From a virus: a stretch of 64,000 nucleotides of DNA. Numbering within the stretch: position 1 is the first letter of the stretch; each line of letters opens with the position of its first letter. The stretch lies in the IMG/VR virus record IMGVR_UViG_3300045988_135716, positions 117,096-181,095 of that record; one strand, written 5' to 3'. Below the pieces are notes generated by a model. It worked only from the letters and a program-made list of their open reading frames with translations. It did not search any database and was not told where the DNA came from. Shown in pieces: positions 27,881-39,600 of this stretch. The translations under genes and the position numbers were made by a program.

Positions 27881-29605
27881 TCATTTCTTCTTAATGTACT
27901 TAGCAGAAGAGAATCCATATTTACCTTTATAACAAATATAATACCATTTATTACCATCTGAACCTGTCGTACTATCACATACGCTAACTGGTGTATTATA
28001 TTTTAATGGACTAAAGGAACACTCTAAATCTGCATTAGATGTTCCTGGGCTTTTTCTAACTTTTAACCCAGATTTAGCGGTAATAACACCTTTCCATTTT
28101 TCTGATTTGTTATATCCTTTTTTTGCAGGTTTACTTGTAGAAGCACTAGGTTTTGTAACAACTGCATTAGGATCTTTGATGTTAGTTTTCTCAACATAAC
28201 CTACAAATTTATCTGCAATCTTCACTTGATAACGTGTTCCAGACACGCCAATTACGTCTACTAAATTACCTTTATTTAGCTTTGGATATGTAGATAATTT
28301 TGATGTTCCTGTAGGATTTGCAAATACATCTGTGCCATCTTTTGTGGCTGCACCTACCCATTTATTGTAGGTTGTTGTGGATGGTTTTGAAGTAGAAGAT
28401 GAGTTCATAATTGATTTGACGATAGAATAATCTGGACGACAGAATTTTGTTCCAGGGAGATTTGAATTATTATAATGCTTGGAACATACTTCCCCGCCAT
28501 TGGCTATTATTGTACTTCCATTACTTGTATTTCCTTCAATTGTATAGAACTTATCACCCTCAACTTTAGTAACAATGCCAGTATGAGCAAATGTACCATT
28601 ACGATAAAAAATCACAATATCTCCACGTTGAGGATTTGCATATTTTGTAAATCTTGCTCCAAGAGTAGGACAATAAACATATGGAAAATCATTCTCATGT
28701 TTAAGTAATTTTTTCGCAGTTTCAAGTCCAAAAGTCTTATACATACACCACGATACCCATACAGCACACCAAGCAGATCCATTCCATGACGGCTTTAAAT
28801 CTCTCCAATATTTTGTATAGTTACCATCCCCAACATTTGCTGTCTTATTATCAAGTTGTGCATTAGATTTCTTTTCCATATATCCAATTTCTGCTTGAGC
28901 AGTAGCAATAAGAGCATCAATAGCTTTATCTTTATTCATAGTATCACTTCCTTGTATAGTTGTTGGTTTAGGAGAATTTATAGAAGTAGTAGAAGATTTA
29001 GAATAGTCTTTATAGAATACACTACGGTCAACTTTTGTTGGAATACCATTTATAGTTGCTTTCGAGCTATATTGCCAGCCAATAACACCATTAGAAGCAG
29101 GAACTCGTAGTCTTTCCTGTAGTTCTCCTGTATCGTTACTCGGATATCTTGCTGTCCATACATCGTACTTTTTAGCACCTTCTGGTAACTGGTTCTGATA
29201 CCAAGAATAACCACAGTAAATACCAAATTTATATCCAGCTTTGATTATAATTGCTCTAAATGCTTCAATCATTTTCATCATTAAACTGTCAGATAAATTC
29301 TCCTGACATTTATCCTCTATATCAAGAAATACTGGATAATCCAGTTTTCTTTTATTCAATGTTTTAATAACTACATTTGCTTCATTTTTAATCTGAGCAA
29401 TAGTAGTAGCATAGCTGTATTTATAGACTCCAACAGGAATCTTATTCTCAATACAGCCTTTATAATTAGGTTCAAATGTGCTATCAACAATATTTCCTTT
29501 TTCTGTGATTCTTAGGATAACGAAGCCCATTCCATAACTAGCAACAGTTTTCCAGTCGATTTTTCCATTCCATCTGGAAACATCAATTCCTTTAATTTCT
29601 GCCAT
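27881..29605 (-). CDS. modular endolysin: GH25 muramidase + CHAP/NlpC-P60-type peptidase + two SH3-like repeats
   Basis: GH25 N-terminus (GIDVSRWNGKIDW..DIE), a Cys/His peptidase core (SAWCAVWVSWC..HTGIV), and C-terminal repeats of SH3b style. Confidence 0.9.
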   Translation of the reverse strand: MAEIKGIDVSRWNGKIDWKTVASYGMGFVILRITEKGNIVDSTFEPNYKGCIENKIPVGVYKYSYATTIAQIKNEANVVIKTLNKRKLDYPVFLDIEDKCQENLSDSLMMKMIEAFRAIIIKAGYKFGIYCGYSWYQNQLPEGAKKYDVWTARYPSNDTGELQERLRVPASNGVIGWQYSSKATINGIPTKVDRSVFYKDYSKSSTTSINSPKPTTIQGSDTMNKDKAIDALIATAQAEIGYMEKKSNAQLDNKTANVGDGNYTKYWRDLKPSWNGSAWCAVWVSWCMYKTFGLETAKKLLKHENDFPYVYCPTLGARFTKYANPQRGDIVIFYRNGTFAHTGIVTKVEGDKFYTIEGNTSNGSTIIANGGEVCSKHYNNSNLPGTKFCRPDYSIVKSIMNSSSTSKPSTTTYNKWVGAATKDGTDVFANPTGTSKLSTYPKLNKGNLVDVIGVSGTRYQVKIADKFVGYVEKTNIKDPNAVVTKPSASTSKPAKKGYNKSEKWKGVITAKSGLKVRKSPGTSNADLECSFSPLKYNTPVSVCDSTTGSDGNKWYYICYKGKYGFSSAKYIKKK

Positions 29606-29793
29606 AAATTCACCTCATTTTCATAAAAATAAAGAGCCTTGCTATCACACAAGACCCTCATAATTTGTTTTAAGCTATGAAATCTATCTTTTATTTACCA
29701 TTCATTTCCATTTTTGCCAATCGTTTACTAATGAAATTATATCGTATTACATATATAATTTTCATACCATGACCAGAAAGGAGGTGGAAAATA

Positions 29794-30150
29794 ATGGCGT
29801 TATACGAGATTAAAAATTACATCAAGTTACTCTGTATAAGGGTTGACCATATCGAAAGCTATGTAGTAGATGAAATTAACACTTCTGATGAAAAAGAAAT
29901 TAATGACTTCATCAAAATGTATAAGCATCGAAAAGGTCTAAAAATCCTTATATTTGAGATGACAGATGACGTGCATATTATCACGTATGAACAAATGCAA
30001 AGCTTTATACATACGCTACATGTCTTTGATTACATTAGACAAGTTATTGAAAATGAATCAAATAGACTTGTAGTTGTCAATGACAGCGAAAATCCTGATG
30101 CATTGCAAACTGATTCATATATGCACAAATTATTAAACCTAAATAAATAA
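29794..30150 (+). CDS. hypothetical protein (opposite-strand insert between lysin and fibre genes)
   Basis: 118-aa ORF preceded by AAAGGAGGTGG, with a hairpin plus T-run at about 30160-30190. Confidence 0.5.
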   Translation: MALYEIKNYIKLLCIRVDHIESYVVDEINTSDEKEINDFIKMYKHRKGLKILIFEMTDDVHIITYEQMQSFIHTLHVFDYIRQVIENESNRLVVVNDSENPDALQTDSYMHKLLNLNK

Positions 30151-30188
30151 TGGTTTTTAGGGTAGGAGAGAAGTCCTACCCTTTTTAA

Positions 30189-30344
30189 TCAATTTACATT
30201 CAATGCTTCTCGAATCGCTTCCAGATCATCTGTCGTCAGTGCCGGATAATCCGCTGCAATGTCCTCAAATACTTCTCCGTTCTTAATGCGAATTCTGAAT
30301 GCTCTTACCATAATCTTTAATTTTAATGCGTTTAATGTCTTCAT
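30189..30344 (-). CDS. small protein (51 aa), XkdX-like position
   Basis: The ATG overlaps the upstream stop as TAATG. It falls below the ORF-track cut-off. Confidence 0.4.
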   Translation of the reverse strand: MKTLNALKLKIMVRAFRIRIKNGEVFEDIAADYPALTTDDLEAIREALNVN

Positions 30345-30700
30345 TATTCATTTCCTCCTATTAAATCTGCCATCATTAAAACGATGTCATCTGTTGTTGT
30401 TTCAAGTGTGTCCGTACGTTGCTCTACTTTGTCCAGTCGTTCCTCTGGCGTAGGTTCAGGCTCTGGGTACACTGGATCATCCACAAGTGTCCATATCTGG
30501 ATAATCTCAGTATCAGATTCTTTCCAACTTGATTCGTAGTGCTTGCCCTCTACCGTGCTCTCTGGCATGTCTGTGTAGACCACAGGTTTATAACCTAATT
30601 CCATTAGCTTTTCAGCAGATGGGTTATTTACCGTACATCCATTCCATGTCACTGTTTTCGGCGCACTTCTTAACATTCCGTTTTGTAGTTTTGCGTACAA
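30344..30700 (-). CDS. hypothetical tail-fibre-associated protein
   Basis: TTG start after GAGGAGGTG. 118 aa. Confidence 0.55.
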   Translation of the reverse strand: MYAKLQNGMLRSAPKTVTWNGCTVNNPSAEKLMELGYKPVVYTDMPESTVEGKHYESSWKESDTEIIQIWTLVDDPVYPEPEPTPEERLDKVEQRTDTLETTTDDIVLMMADLIGGNE

Positions 30701-30813
30701 TTTATCACCTCCTCGTTAGTCCGAAGTATGGGTTTTTATTTTTCGCGATATTTACTTTTGCCTTAATGGTATCTGGTTTTAATGTGCTGTAAGTATTGTA
30801 TTTCATCTCATTT

Positions 30814-31233
30814 TTATCTACCTAATATTTTTGTTGTTATCTTTCCTGTATAATTTGCTGGAAATTCCAATGTGAATTTTCCAGTATTTGTTTCATTTCC
30901 GATTTGTTCTACTTGTCTTAACATTTGTACGGTATTAGTCTGTATACTATTTATGCTTTTTGACATTTCTAACACGTTTACTGGCTTTGTCCAAATATGA
31001 TATGATGTGTCATATTTTGTTGCAAAATCAGCGTTCAATGTATAAAATCCTATGTACGCTCCGTTTATTGTCGGTTTACAATTGCCTTTACATTGTTCTA
31101 TTCCCGTATGCTTTTCTATCTGTATGTATATCCAATATTCCTCATGTTTTTCAGCATTGGCAAGATTAAATTCTACAGTCTTTTGGTCTGTTATTTCTTT
31201 GCTTTCATTCAGCAATTCAACCCATTCTTTCAT
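30814..31233 (-). CDS. hypothetical protein
   Basis: The preferred start is ATG 31233, 8 nt after GGAGG. The listed ORF extends to 31314. Confidence 0.5.
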   Translation of the reverse strand: MKEWVELLNESKEITDQKTVEFNLANAEKHEEYWIYIQIEKHTGIEQCKGNCKPTINGAYIGFYTLNADFATKYDTSYHIWTKPVNVLEMSKSINSIQTNTVQMLRQVEQIGNETNTGKFTLEFPANYTGKITTKILGR

Positions 31234-31277
31234 TTCATTTTCCTCCTGTCCATTTATAAGCATCGTTCTTCTGCGGA

Positions 31278-31985
31278 TCATAGTGACACCGCCCAACTCT
31301 GATACGCCATACACCCTTCAAGGATGCTGATTTCGTACACTTTATTTTTTTCAACAGTAAAATTGTCTGGAACTGATACATTTGCAGGATGTACAAGTTC
31401 TGTTGCTGTAGCGCCACTTCGGAATACGAAATGATATCCGTTAGCTATGCTCGTGTCCTCTGGTGTTGCAAGGGTGTATGTGAGACTTGCCATCTCTGGA
31501 AAGATGTACAGTTTGTTAGGGTCTATTTCAGCAGTAGAATCCGAAGATGTCTTCTCTATTCTCAATGTTGATGCACCCTCTGGAATAGATACAGTTACAG
31601 CACCAGCCCCATCATATTCAGCAGTTACAGCACCAGTAAATGTTAATGGTTTAGGATTCTTTAACGCTGTTGGAATTGTCTCTTTAACTTTTTTAATTTG
31701 ATCACCCGTTGCTTTCGCATCTGCGGCGACTCCACTTTTGGTAAGGGTATCATCAATTGTGACGGAACTTTCACCACCAGTTGTGGGGAGATTAATCCAA
31801 TGAGCATCGTAATCATTATTAGTATTTTTTGCCAATACTTGTCCAGATGTTCCTCCTGTTGGAATACCTTCGCCTGGATTACCTTTCTCGCCTTTTTCAC
31901 CTTGCATACCAGTAAGGCAAGGTATATATGCCCATTGTCCGTCAGAATTTTTATATTTACTTGCACCAGTATTAAGTGTTTTCAT
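31278..31985 (-). CDS. tail-fibre protein with short collagen-like Gly-X-Y stretch
   Basis: Contains GMQGEKGEKGNPGEGIP. The preferred start is ATG 31985 after AAGGAGG. Confidence 0.6.
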   Translation of the reverse strand: MKTLNTGASKYKNSDGQWAYIPCLTGMQGEKGEKGNPGEGIPTGGTSGQVLAKNTNNDYDAHWINLPTTGGESSVTIDDTLTKSGVAADAKATGDQIKKVKETIPTALKNPKPLTFTGAVTAEYDGAGAVTVSIPEGASTLRIEKTSSDSTAEIDPNKLYIFPEMASLTYTLATPEDTSIANGYHFVFRSGATATELVHPANVSVPDNFTVEKNKVYEISILEGCMAYQSWAVSL

Positions 31986-32163
31986 AAAATTCCTCCTTAT
32001 TAATAAGTTATTAAAGTTACATTCGTCAAATTGCACAAAAATGATTTTGAAATAATGTTATTTTACGTTACTAAAATTACTTATTTTGTGCGAAATGACG
32101 AAAATATACTATTAAAATTTGTCATTCATCTAATTTGTTTTTAAACATGAATTAAATAAATAA

Positions 32164-32652
32164 TTATGCTTTATTTTCTAATGCAGAAATTTTATTTAAT
32201 ACTATTTGTAATTCATCATAAATTTTCTTACTACTCCAAGTATCAGTAGTATTAACCACGTCATCTTTTAACTCTGGTATATTAATTGATTCATTAGATG
32301 TTGGATTGATCCATAATCCAGTTTGAGTATTGGTTGGCATACTATCAGTAATTTCTACCCCACATAACAATTGCAATTTGTTATAAATTTCATCTACTGA
32401 ATTTTTATTTTCACTAATTGACGTAGCAAGTTTTTTATACTCATCTGTCACATCTCCATCATATAATGTATATAAATTCATCCAACGTGAATCTGTAATT
32501 TCTGTATTAGTAGGTATATCTGCTGTAGCAATATATCCATAACTAATTTTATTAACTTTATTAGTCACTAAATCAAGCTTTGTATAGCTCGATGATTTTT
32601 TCCATACACCTTTCGGTGTTATAAAAACTTTTCCGAGATTTTTAACAGCCAT
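32164..32652 (-). CDS. short receptor-binding/fibre paralog sharing its N-terminal ~66 aa with the next gene
   Basis: Its N-terminus, MAVKNLGKVFITPKG..DSRWMNLYTLYDGD, is nearly identical in pattern to the N-terminus of ORF 32673..34490. Confidence 0.55.
   Translation of the reverse strand: MAVKNLGKVFITPKGVWKKSSSYTKLDLVTNKVNKISYGYIATADIPTNTEITDSRWMNLYTLYDGDVTDEYKKLATSISENKNSVDEIYNKLQLLCGVEITDSMPTNTQTGLWINPTSNESINIPELKDDVVNTTDTWSSKKIYDELQIVLNKISALENKA
32455..32652 (-). repeat. copy A of duplicated fibre N-terminal module
   Basis: Similar at nucleotide level to 34293-34490, for example AAATTCATCCAACGTGAATCTGT in both. Confidence 0.6.
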
Positions 32653-32672
32653 TAATATTCATCCTCCTTTAC

Positions 32673-34490
32673 TTATTCATTTATACTTCCAGATCCTAGC
32701 TTATAAATATATTTGTTACGCACATCATCATATAGACATAAAACACCATCATCTTTTTTAACTGGAATAAGATGAGATATTAATACATCCCCTGAGTAAA
32801 TTTTTGCATAGTAAATCTTACCTTTTAGTCCAGTTCCAGCGTTAGTTCCGTTCTTTGACATATTTCCAATATAAAGTGGACTTGTAAGAGAAAATGAATC
32901 AATAGAGTCTGTATCTACAGAAGAACTTCCGAAATTAAATGTTGCGCCATTTTGTTTAATTGTCCAATTACCACCCCAAAATGCAGAGGGTTTAGCTGCA
33001 CTGTCTATTGTTCCTCTAATCGCATAAAAATTATCAGTGCAAGTATATCCATATTTATATTTATCATCTCTTGCACCGCATATATAAGTTGTTCCAGTGT
33101 TTACATACAAACTTACTTCCGTATTAGTATTTTGATTAGGCAAAATTTCTGTATCGAAATAACAATTTCCATCTAAACTCAAACTTGCAATTTCTGTATG
33201 ATTTTCTGTAATGGATTTTTTATTAATAGTAACAGAACATTGCGCTGTGTAATTGCCGTCAAGTGTTGTGACAGTAACAACCGAATGCCCAATTTCTTTT
33301 CCAATTATTTTTCCGTTTTCCACAATAACATTTGAATTATTTACGCTCCATGTAACATTTTGATTTGTTGCGTAACTTGGGAGTACGGTGGCTACTAATT
33401 GTACGGATTCTCCGACTTCCAAGGTAATAGCGTTATGATTTAATGTAACTCCTGTAACTTTTACAAGATCTGGTATATCGGATGCTAATCCATAAGCAAT
33501 TCCAAGGTTTTGAAGAGTTTTGTCAATTACAGGGCAATAATGGGTTCTATAGAATTGTTCATTTGGATGTACTCCATCACCTTTTTTACTGTTTGGATTA
33601 TATGTATATTTATTTTTGTTTAATTCAGTCATTGCTATTTGTGCATATTTACGCATATCAAGATACGGCATATTCCATTTTTCACAGATTTCAATCGCTT
33701 TTTCGTAAATCGAATTTAAGTATGAAGTATCCTTTTTGAAACTGTGCGGAATAATATACAATTTAACTGCTAAAGGATATTTGTCCATAATATATTGTAA
33801 TGCTCTTTCCATTGCTCCACAGAATGTAGCCGTGTTATAAGAAGCATCATAATCCGACTCAATCGTTCCAATTGGGACACCCGTTGTATTATCATTTACT
33901 CCACCATTAAAGATAATCGCATCTGCTTTCCCTGTATATGTTGTAATTTGAGTTACAATTGGTGTATGTGCGGGATTGCTTGTTACTGCCATGTTAGCCC
34001 CGGACTCAGCCATATTCAGCCATGTTGAATCGGTGTATTTTTCTTTTAACGGTTCTGTAATGCCTGTTCCTTCTTCCCATCCCCATCCTGCCATAATGCT
34101 ATCGCCTAATACTAATATTGTTTTTCCTTTATATGGATTAGCTGTTATAACAGTACTTTCATTAGCACCTCTTGGAATTCCTAAATTGAGAACAGGATTT
34201 TCTGGTGTTCCTGTAATTGACGCAGTAGCAGATTGTCCAGCATCTAACGTATTAACTCGACCTATTGTAAAATTTGGTGTTGTACCTGAATCTCCATCGT
34301 ATAACGTATATAAATTCATCCAACGTGAATCTGTGAGTTCTGTATTAGCAGATATATCAGTAGTAGCAATATATCCACTACTAATTTTGCCAATTTTATT
34401 AGTCACAATATCTAATTTTGTATAATTTAAAGTTTTATTCCATTGACCTTTCGGAGTCATAAACACTTTTCCGAGATTGTTAACCGACAT
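32673..34490 (-). CDS. receptor-binding protein with SGNH/GDSL esterase, Big_2-like Ig domain and C-terminal lectin-like domain
   Basis: GDSL block LVLGDSIMAGWG, then GGVNDN and DGVHPN. The Ig-like segment is VTGVTLNHNAITLEVGESVQLVATVLP..NVTWS. Confidence 0.7.
   Translation of the reverse strand: MSVNNLGKVFMTPKGQWNKTLNYTKLDIVTNKIGKISSGYIATTDISANTELTDSRWMNLYTLYDGDSGTTPNFTIGRVNTLDAGQSATASITGTPENPVLNLGIPRGANESTVITANPYKGKTILVLGDSIMAGWGWEEGTGITEPLKEKYTDSTWLNMAESGANMAVTSNPAHTPIVTQITTYTGKADAIIFNGGVNDNTTGVPIGTIESDYDASYNTATFCGAMERALQYIMDKYPLAVKLYIIPHSFKKDTSYLNSIYEKAIEICEKWNMPYLDMRKYAQIAMTELNKNKYTYNPNSKKGDGVHPNEQFYRTHYCPVIDKTLQNLGIAYGLASDIPDLVKVTGVTLNHNAITLEVGESVQLVATVLPSYATNQNVTWSVNNSNVIVENGKIIGKEIGHSVVTVTTLDGNYTAQCSVTINKKSITENHTEIASLSLDGNCYFDTEILPNQNTNTEVSLYVNTGTTYICGARDDKYKYGYTCTDNFYAIRGTIDSAAKPSAFWGGNWTIKQNGATFNFGSSSVDTDSIDSFSLTSPLYIGNMSKNGTNAGTGLKGKIYYAKIYSGDVLISHLIPVKKDDGVLCLYDDVRNKYIYKLGSGSINE
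34293..34490 (-). repeat. copy B of duplicated fibre N-terminal module
   Basis: See 32455-32652. Confidence 0.6.
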
Positions 34491-35338
34491 TAATAATCCT
34501 CCTTATATTGATATAAATAACCATTTTGTATATAGTAAGCAGATGAATACGTTTCTAACATACCAGTTTCGAAATTAATCCATATGTCTTCAGTTTCGTC
34601 TAAGGAGTCATCGTCTTCATCTAACTCAATCAACTCCATAACATTTCCATCCATATCTTGAAAACATTCAAAAGACATTGTAATTTCAGAAGGAGAACCA
34701 TCTGATGAAAATGCAAGATCTAATTCATATTTGGGGCAACATTTATATGCGGTTAAACGTAATGCTGATTCTTCACAATCTTCTGTTTTACTTGTGGTAA
34801 TCATTTGAATAAAATAAGTAGAAAGATAATTTAAGTTACTAAAAGAAATTCGTTTTATCCCATTATTCTTTTTTTCTAAATATCCTACGAAATAAGTTTC
34901 ATTGGTTTTAATATCTGTTAAATTTTTAGCCGTAAAAGTTTTCCCTATGATAGACCCTTCAATTTCTCTTCCTGTAAAATCATTGTTTGTATATACAAAA
35001 ACTGTTCCCATAATCGGAGCGTATTTTAATTGTAATTTTCCATCTGTTGTAGCAGTAATACTTTCATTTCGTGTAAGTATTCCATCGGTTGATATACTTC
35101 CATTATTTAAAAGAGAGTATATTTTAAAAGGATGAACTTGAAATGTTATACTAATATTTCCTTCTACGGGACTATCAAATCGAACATATCTTGCTCCATT
35201 TTTATAAGTATAAATGGAATTAGAAGTAAAACCATATGTGTTTGTATTACAATAATCAACATACATTACAGGAGCTTTTGTATAATAATCTCGGATGTCT
35301 AAATCGCAGCACATACGATTTGCCATATTTTTGTCCAT
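34490..35338 (-). CDS. hypothetical tail/baseplate protein
   Basis: 282-aa ORF in the tail module. Confidence 0.5.
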   Translation of the reverse strand: MDKNMANRMCCDLDIRDYYTKAPVMYVDYCNTNTYGFTSNSIYTYKNGARYVRFDSPVEGNISITFQVHPFKIYSLLNNGSISTDGILTRNESITATTDGKLQLKYAPIMGTVFVYTNNDFTGREIEGSIIGKTFTAKNLTDIKTNETYFVGYLEKKNNGIKRISFSNLNYLSTYFIQMITTSKTEDCEESALRLTAYKCCPKYELDLAFSSDGSPSEITMSFECFQDMDGNVMELIELDEDDDSLDETEDIWINFETGMLETYSSAYYIQNGYLYQYKEDY

Positions 35339-35352
35339 GATTATTTACCTCA

Positions 35353-35757
35353 TTACTTTCCTGTGTCTGATATATCTTTTTCATTTTGTTTAATAATATC
35401 TCTCAATGTTGGGAGTGCGTTATCAATCTGTTCATCAATCCATTTAACAAGTTCTTCTTGATTTACAACTTTTGCAAGAATAGGATATTCCTTATAAATC
35501 TCACTGATTACTTCACTACGCTTGATACTTCCTGCCTTTTCCCATTCAGCATAATCTTTCTCTGCTTGAGTAATCAGTTTTAAGATATTTTCGGAAATCT
35601 GTTTCTTGGCAATTTCAATTTTCTTGTCTGTGGAAAGTTTTGAATATGATTCAAATTTTTTCCATAAAGCTAAAGCCAAACCAATGATAACTAAGATAGT
35701 AGTCCAATTATCATTGATTAAAGATAAGAAGTTTTTGATACCATTTAAAATATCCAT
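35353..35757 (-). CDS. holin-like protein (LL-H-type architecture; uncertain)
   Basis: Has one N-terminal TM segment (WTTILVIIGLALALW) followed by a charged helical tail. 134 aa. Confidence 0.45.
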   Translation of the reverse strand: MDILNGIKNFLSLINDNWTTILVIIGLALALWKKFESYSKLSTDKKIEIAKKQISENILKLITQAEKDYAEWEKAGSIKRSEVISEIYKEYPILAKVVNQEELVKWIDEQIDNALPTLRDIIKQNEKDISDTGK

Positions 35758-35780
35758 ACGAGTTCTCCTTGTATTATTTA

Positions 35781-36161
35781 TTATCCAACAGCTTCATCAC
35801 TGTCGGTTTGTTCATCAACGGTGGAAGAGTAGTCTTCATTTAATGGCATTTCAAATTGACCACGTTTATGCTCGTTATCACTCATTTTGAAATAACCTAG
35901 CGCAGTAGGTATGAGAGTAGTAGCAACACCAATAAGCGCATACATAAAACTTGTGTCCTCAGTTTTTAATGCCATATATTCAGAGAAAAATAAAATCTCC
36001 AAACAGATCACAATGATTGTCCAGAGAACTTTTTTACTTGTACGTATTTTTTTGAATTTGAATCTACTCTTTTTCATCCGATGAAGTTTCCGTTTCATCG
36101 TAATATTTTTATTACGTTCTTTTATTTTTGCTTCTTTCTGTTTATATTCTTGTTCTGTCAT
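35781..36161 (-). CDS. two-TM membrane protein
   Basis: TM segments VLWTIIVICLEILFFSEY and ALIGVATTLIPTALGYF. Confidence 0.45.
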   Translation of the reverse strand: MTEQEYKQKEAKIKERNKNITMKRKLHRMKKSRFKFKKIRTSKKVLWTIIVICLEILFFSEYMALKTEDTSFMYALIGVATTLIPTALGYFKMSDNEHKRGQFEMPLNEDYSSTVDEQTDSDEAVG

Positions 36162-36589
36162 TCTGTCTTATCCTCATCTGTTTTCCCAAAAATCTTAACC
36201 AATTTTAAAATTTCGCTTCCTGATAAAGTATCATATTTCCCATTAGAATCCTCATAATCAAAAATAGATTCTGGAACTTGATAAATTTTCACATCAACTT
36301 CAAGACTGATAAGTTCTAAGATTTCATTGTTGTAGTCTTCGATATGATTCTCATCAACTGTAGGGATTCCTATTTTTGAAATGACGAGATTTCCGTCAGA
36401 ATCTTTTAGTAAAAAATCTTTATATGATTCTATAATTTTGTTTAAAGATTTTTCATAAAATTGATTTTCTTTTTGAAAGCTATCAAGATTTTTCATAATT
36501 ACGTAATTTATTTTTTGTGGAAGTTTTCTTTCAGAGATTTTATCTAAGAATCTTACGATTTGTACAACTTCAATATTTCTATACTTCAT
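36158..36589 (-). CDS. hypothetical protein
   Basis: 143-aa ORF that overlaps the downstream start. Confidence 0.5.
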   Translation of the reverse strand: MKYRNIEVVQIVRFLDKISERKLPQKINYVIMKNLDSFQKENQFYEKSLNKIIESYKDFLLKDSDGNLVISKIGIPTVDENHIEDYNNEILELISLEVDVKIYQVPESIFDYEDSNGKYDTLSGSEILKLVKIFGKTDEDKTE

Positions 36590-36635
36590 ATATTTTCTTC
36601 TCCTTAATTTTATATATAATAAAACAGACTATAGA

Positions 36636-39600
36636 TTACTCCATAGCCTGTTTAAGAGTTTCTATTTCTTTTTTGAGGGATTCTATAACTGATAGAGCAT
36701 CAGTAAGCTGTGATTCGAGAGAATCTATACGATGGTGGGCTTTTTGTGTCATATATGTGTTAAATGGTATAAATTCATTATACGATAAACCATATACATA
36801 ACCACCTTCATATGATTGAGACTCATCACAAGATACTATTGAGCAATTTGACGCATCAAGTCCAACTGTTTTTAATGATTCTTCTACTTCTTGTGCCACA
36901 AATCCAAAATGAATACCGCTATCTTCATCATGTAATACTTTATACTTCGTTGGCTTTAATGACATATACATATCATAAAAATCATCATTCAATATGCATT
37001 TATCAATTTTGAATCGTCCATCCGATAATTGCTGCATACCATCTCTGGTAACAACTTTATACCAAGGATGCGTGTCTCCACCATTTCCACCTAAATATAA
37101 TCTATACGTATCTCCGGCATTATTGGCTAATGTCGGACAAAATGCGTAATGATTGCTATTACTTCCTTCATAAAAATCTACGGAATATCTTGAATTATAC
37201 CCAATATTAAAAGTAGATCCAGATAAGTATAGTCCATTTCCGGCATAATAATTGCTACCGCCACCACTACCATCTCTATATCCAACATTTCCACTACTAT
37301 CAATAACAAGATATCTGTTTGAAGATTTTGCGGGTATTCCAGAGAATCTAACTGTATCACCGTTTGCATACAGATTTTTAGTCCAAACTTGCATCCATTT
37401 ATGACTTCTTGTTCCAAGTTTAATTGCTTCATCGTAAGCTAATGTGCTATCGTTTACATCGCCTGGAATAAGACACAATCCACTATCTGCTGCAATTTGA
37501 AGTCTTATAGAAGCAGGAGTATCGTTCATTGTGGTAGTTATTTCGACATATGTTGTATCTTGAGTTGTGACACAATTTACAGATGAACGATTCTGCTGTC
37601 GAGATGCAGTAACGTATTGTGAAGCAAGAATAGCTCTTCTAACAAATTTCGAGTTACTTGTTGTAAGATCTATATATTGTGTCCATGCTTTTCCGTCATG
37701 TCCCATATATAAATCAGCATATCCCGCATTTGGATTCCATTCATATTCATTCGTATCACACCATATTACTTTTGAAGCTTTGCTCTTACCGTCGACATAT
37801 ATGTTATAATTATCTTTTGCATATATAGAAGTTGCAGTAATGTCACCTGTAATATCAGCATCAGTAGCAGTTAATTTTCCACCAGTAGTAACTTGAAAAG
37901 AGCTATTACAGCTTATTCCGTATTTGGGTGAAATATATACACCAGAACCGCCAAGTACATTCTGTCCCGACCAAAGAGAATAATTGTCAATATTAAATCC
38001 GCCGATTTCACCAGAAGTCGAAACAATCTTTCCAGAAAACTCACCTTCCTTTGCAATGAGCTTACCTTCACTGGTAATTTGTGCGGAAATTGTGCCACTT
38101 TTATTTGAAATAAGAAGCTGGCCACCTTTGATATTTGGGGCAATTACCCATTGCTTATCAATATAAGTGCTTCCAAGAATATCATTTTTTATAGTATTAG
38201 CAGTGGTGTCGTCAGTGTACTTGTTCTGTTTCGTCCAATCATTAATACTAAATAAAGTTCCATCAGCTTTAGGATTTATACAAGTAAGAATTTCATTCCT
38301 ATATTCATTTGGATGTTCTGCATCAATATATATACCATTTTCACCAACAAACCATAAATCCCCTTTATTATAAGGTGTTTTTGGAGTATCAGTAAATATC
38401 TGTGCCTTACCATTAATCTCATTCCAAACTGATTCTGGAACATCACCCGTAAAATCATCCCATGAAGAACCATTCCACATTTTCACGACATTATGTGTAG
38501 TGTCATACCACAAATCATTTTCATGTGATTTCTTTTCTTCGTCAGTCCAATTTACAGATGGATCATCACTCTGTCTGAATGTATCAATCTTACCATCAAT
38601 CTGTTCTTTGACAGTAACCATAAACTCATTCAAAGTATCTTTTACAACGACATTTTCTGTCCCTGTGACACTATCCCATGCGATAGAAGCATTTCCTGCT
38701 AATCTAATATTTCCATTATCATCAATATATAACTGTCTTTCATAAGTTATATTGCCTTCATCATCTGTAATTTCCTTACGAATTGTAAATACATTTTTGT
38801 TCATAGTATTGGTAGTTACAATGATTCCGTCTTTAGCCATTTCAATAGACTTTTCTTCATTGTAAATACCTACTTCACTTGTAAGAATTAAATTACTCAC
38901 AAGAGTATCAGCGATAACACCATAAGATTCCTTATATGTTTTATCTTTTGGATCGTAATAAATAAAATTACCAATACCAGCTCTTGCAGTTTTCCAATTA
39001 TCATCAGTGATATAAATTCCATGATTAATAATTTTTAACTGTGAATCTGTATAATCAGAAATAATATCATCATACTCACGACATAATAATCCATGCTCAT
39101 CCCATGTAATATCCTGGTTATCTGCATTACTAACGATTTTTGTATTTGTCATACTTAAACCTTTAGCAATCATTTCATTCATTTTATTCTTGAAATCAGT
39201 ATTAATAGTAGATTGTCTAACTACACCATTATATGATGTAGCCATCTTTGAAGCTACTTCTTCCAGCCGTTCATAATATGACATTCCATCTGGAAGTTTT
39301 ATGATATCAGAAAATGTAACACTAATATTTTGAGTATCAGAGAAATCAATTTCATATTCGATAATTCTTAATTGATATACCTTATCGTCAATTCCAACAC
39401 AAATCCAGTTACCATTTTTAAAGTTATTTGTCACAGGCTCAAATTCTTTCATTCGTAAGAAATTCTTAATTGTTCCCGTGATAGAATGTTGGAGAGTAGC
39501 AGACTTAAATAATTCTTTTGTGGCAACTGTAATAAACTCAATTGCATTTTTCATTAAATCTGTATTATTAAGTCCATCAGAAATGTAGTTATCATTAGAA

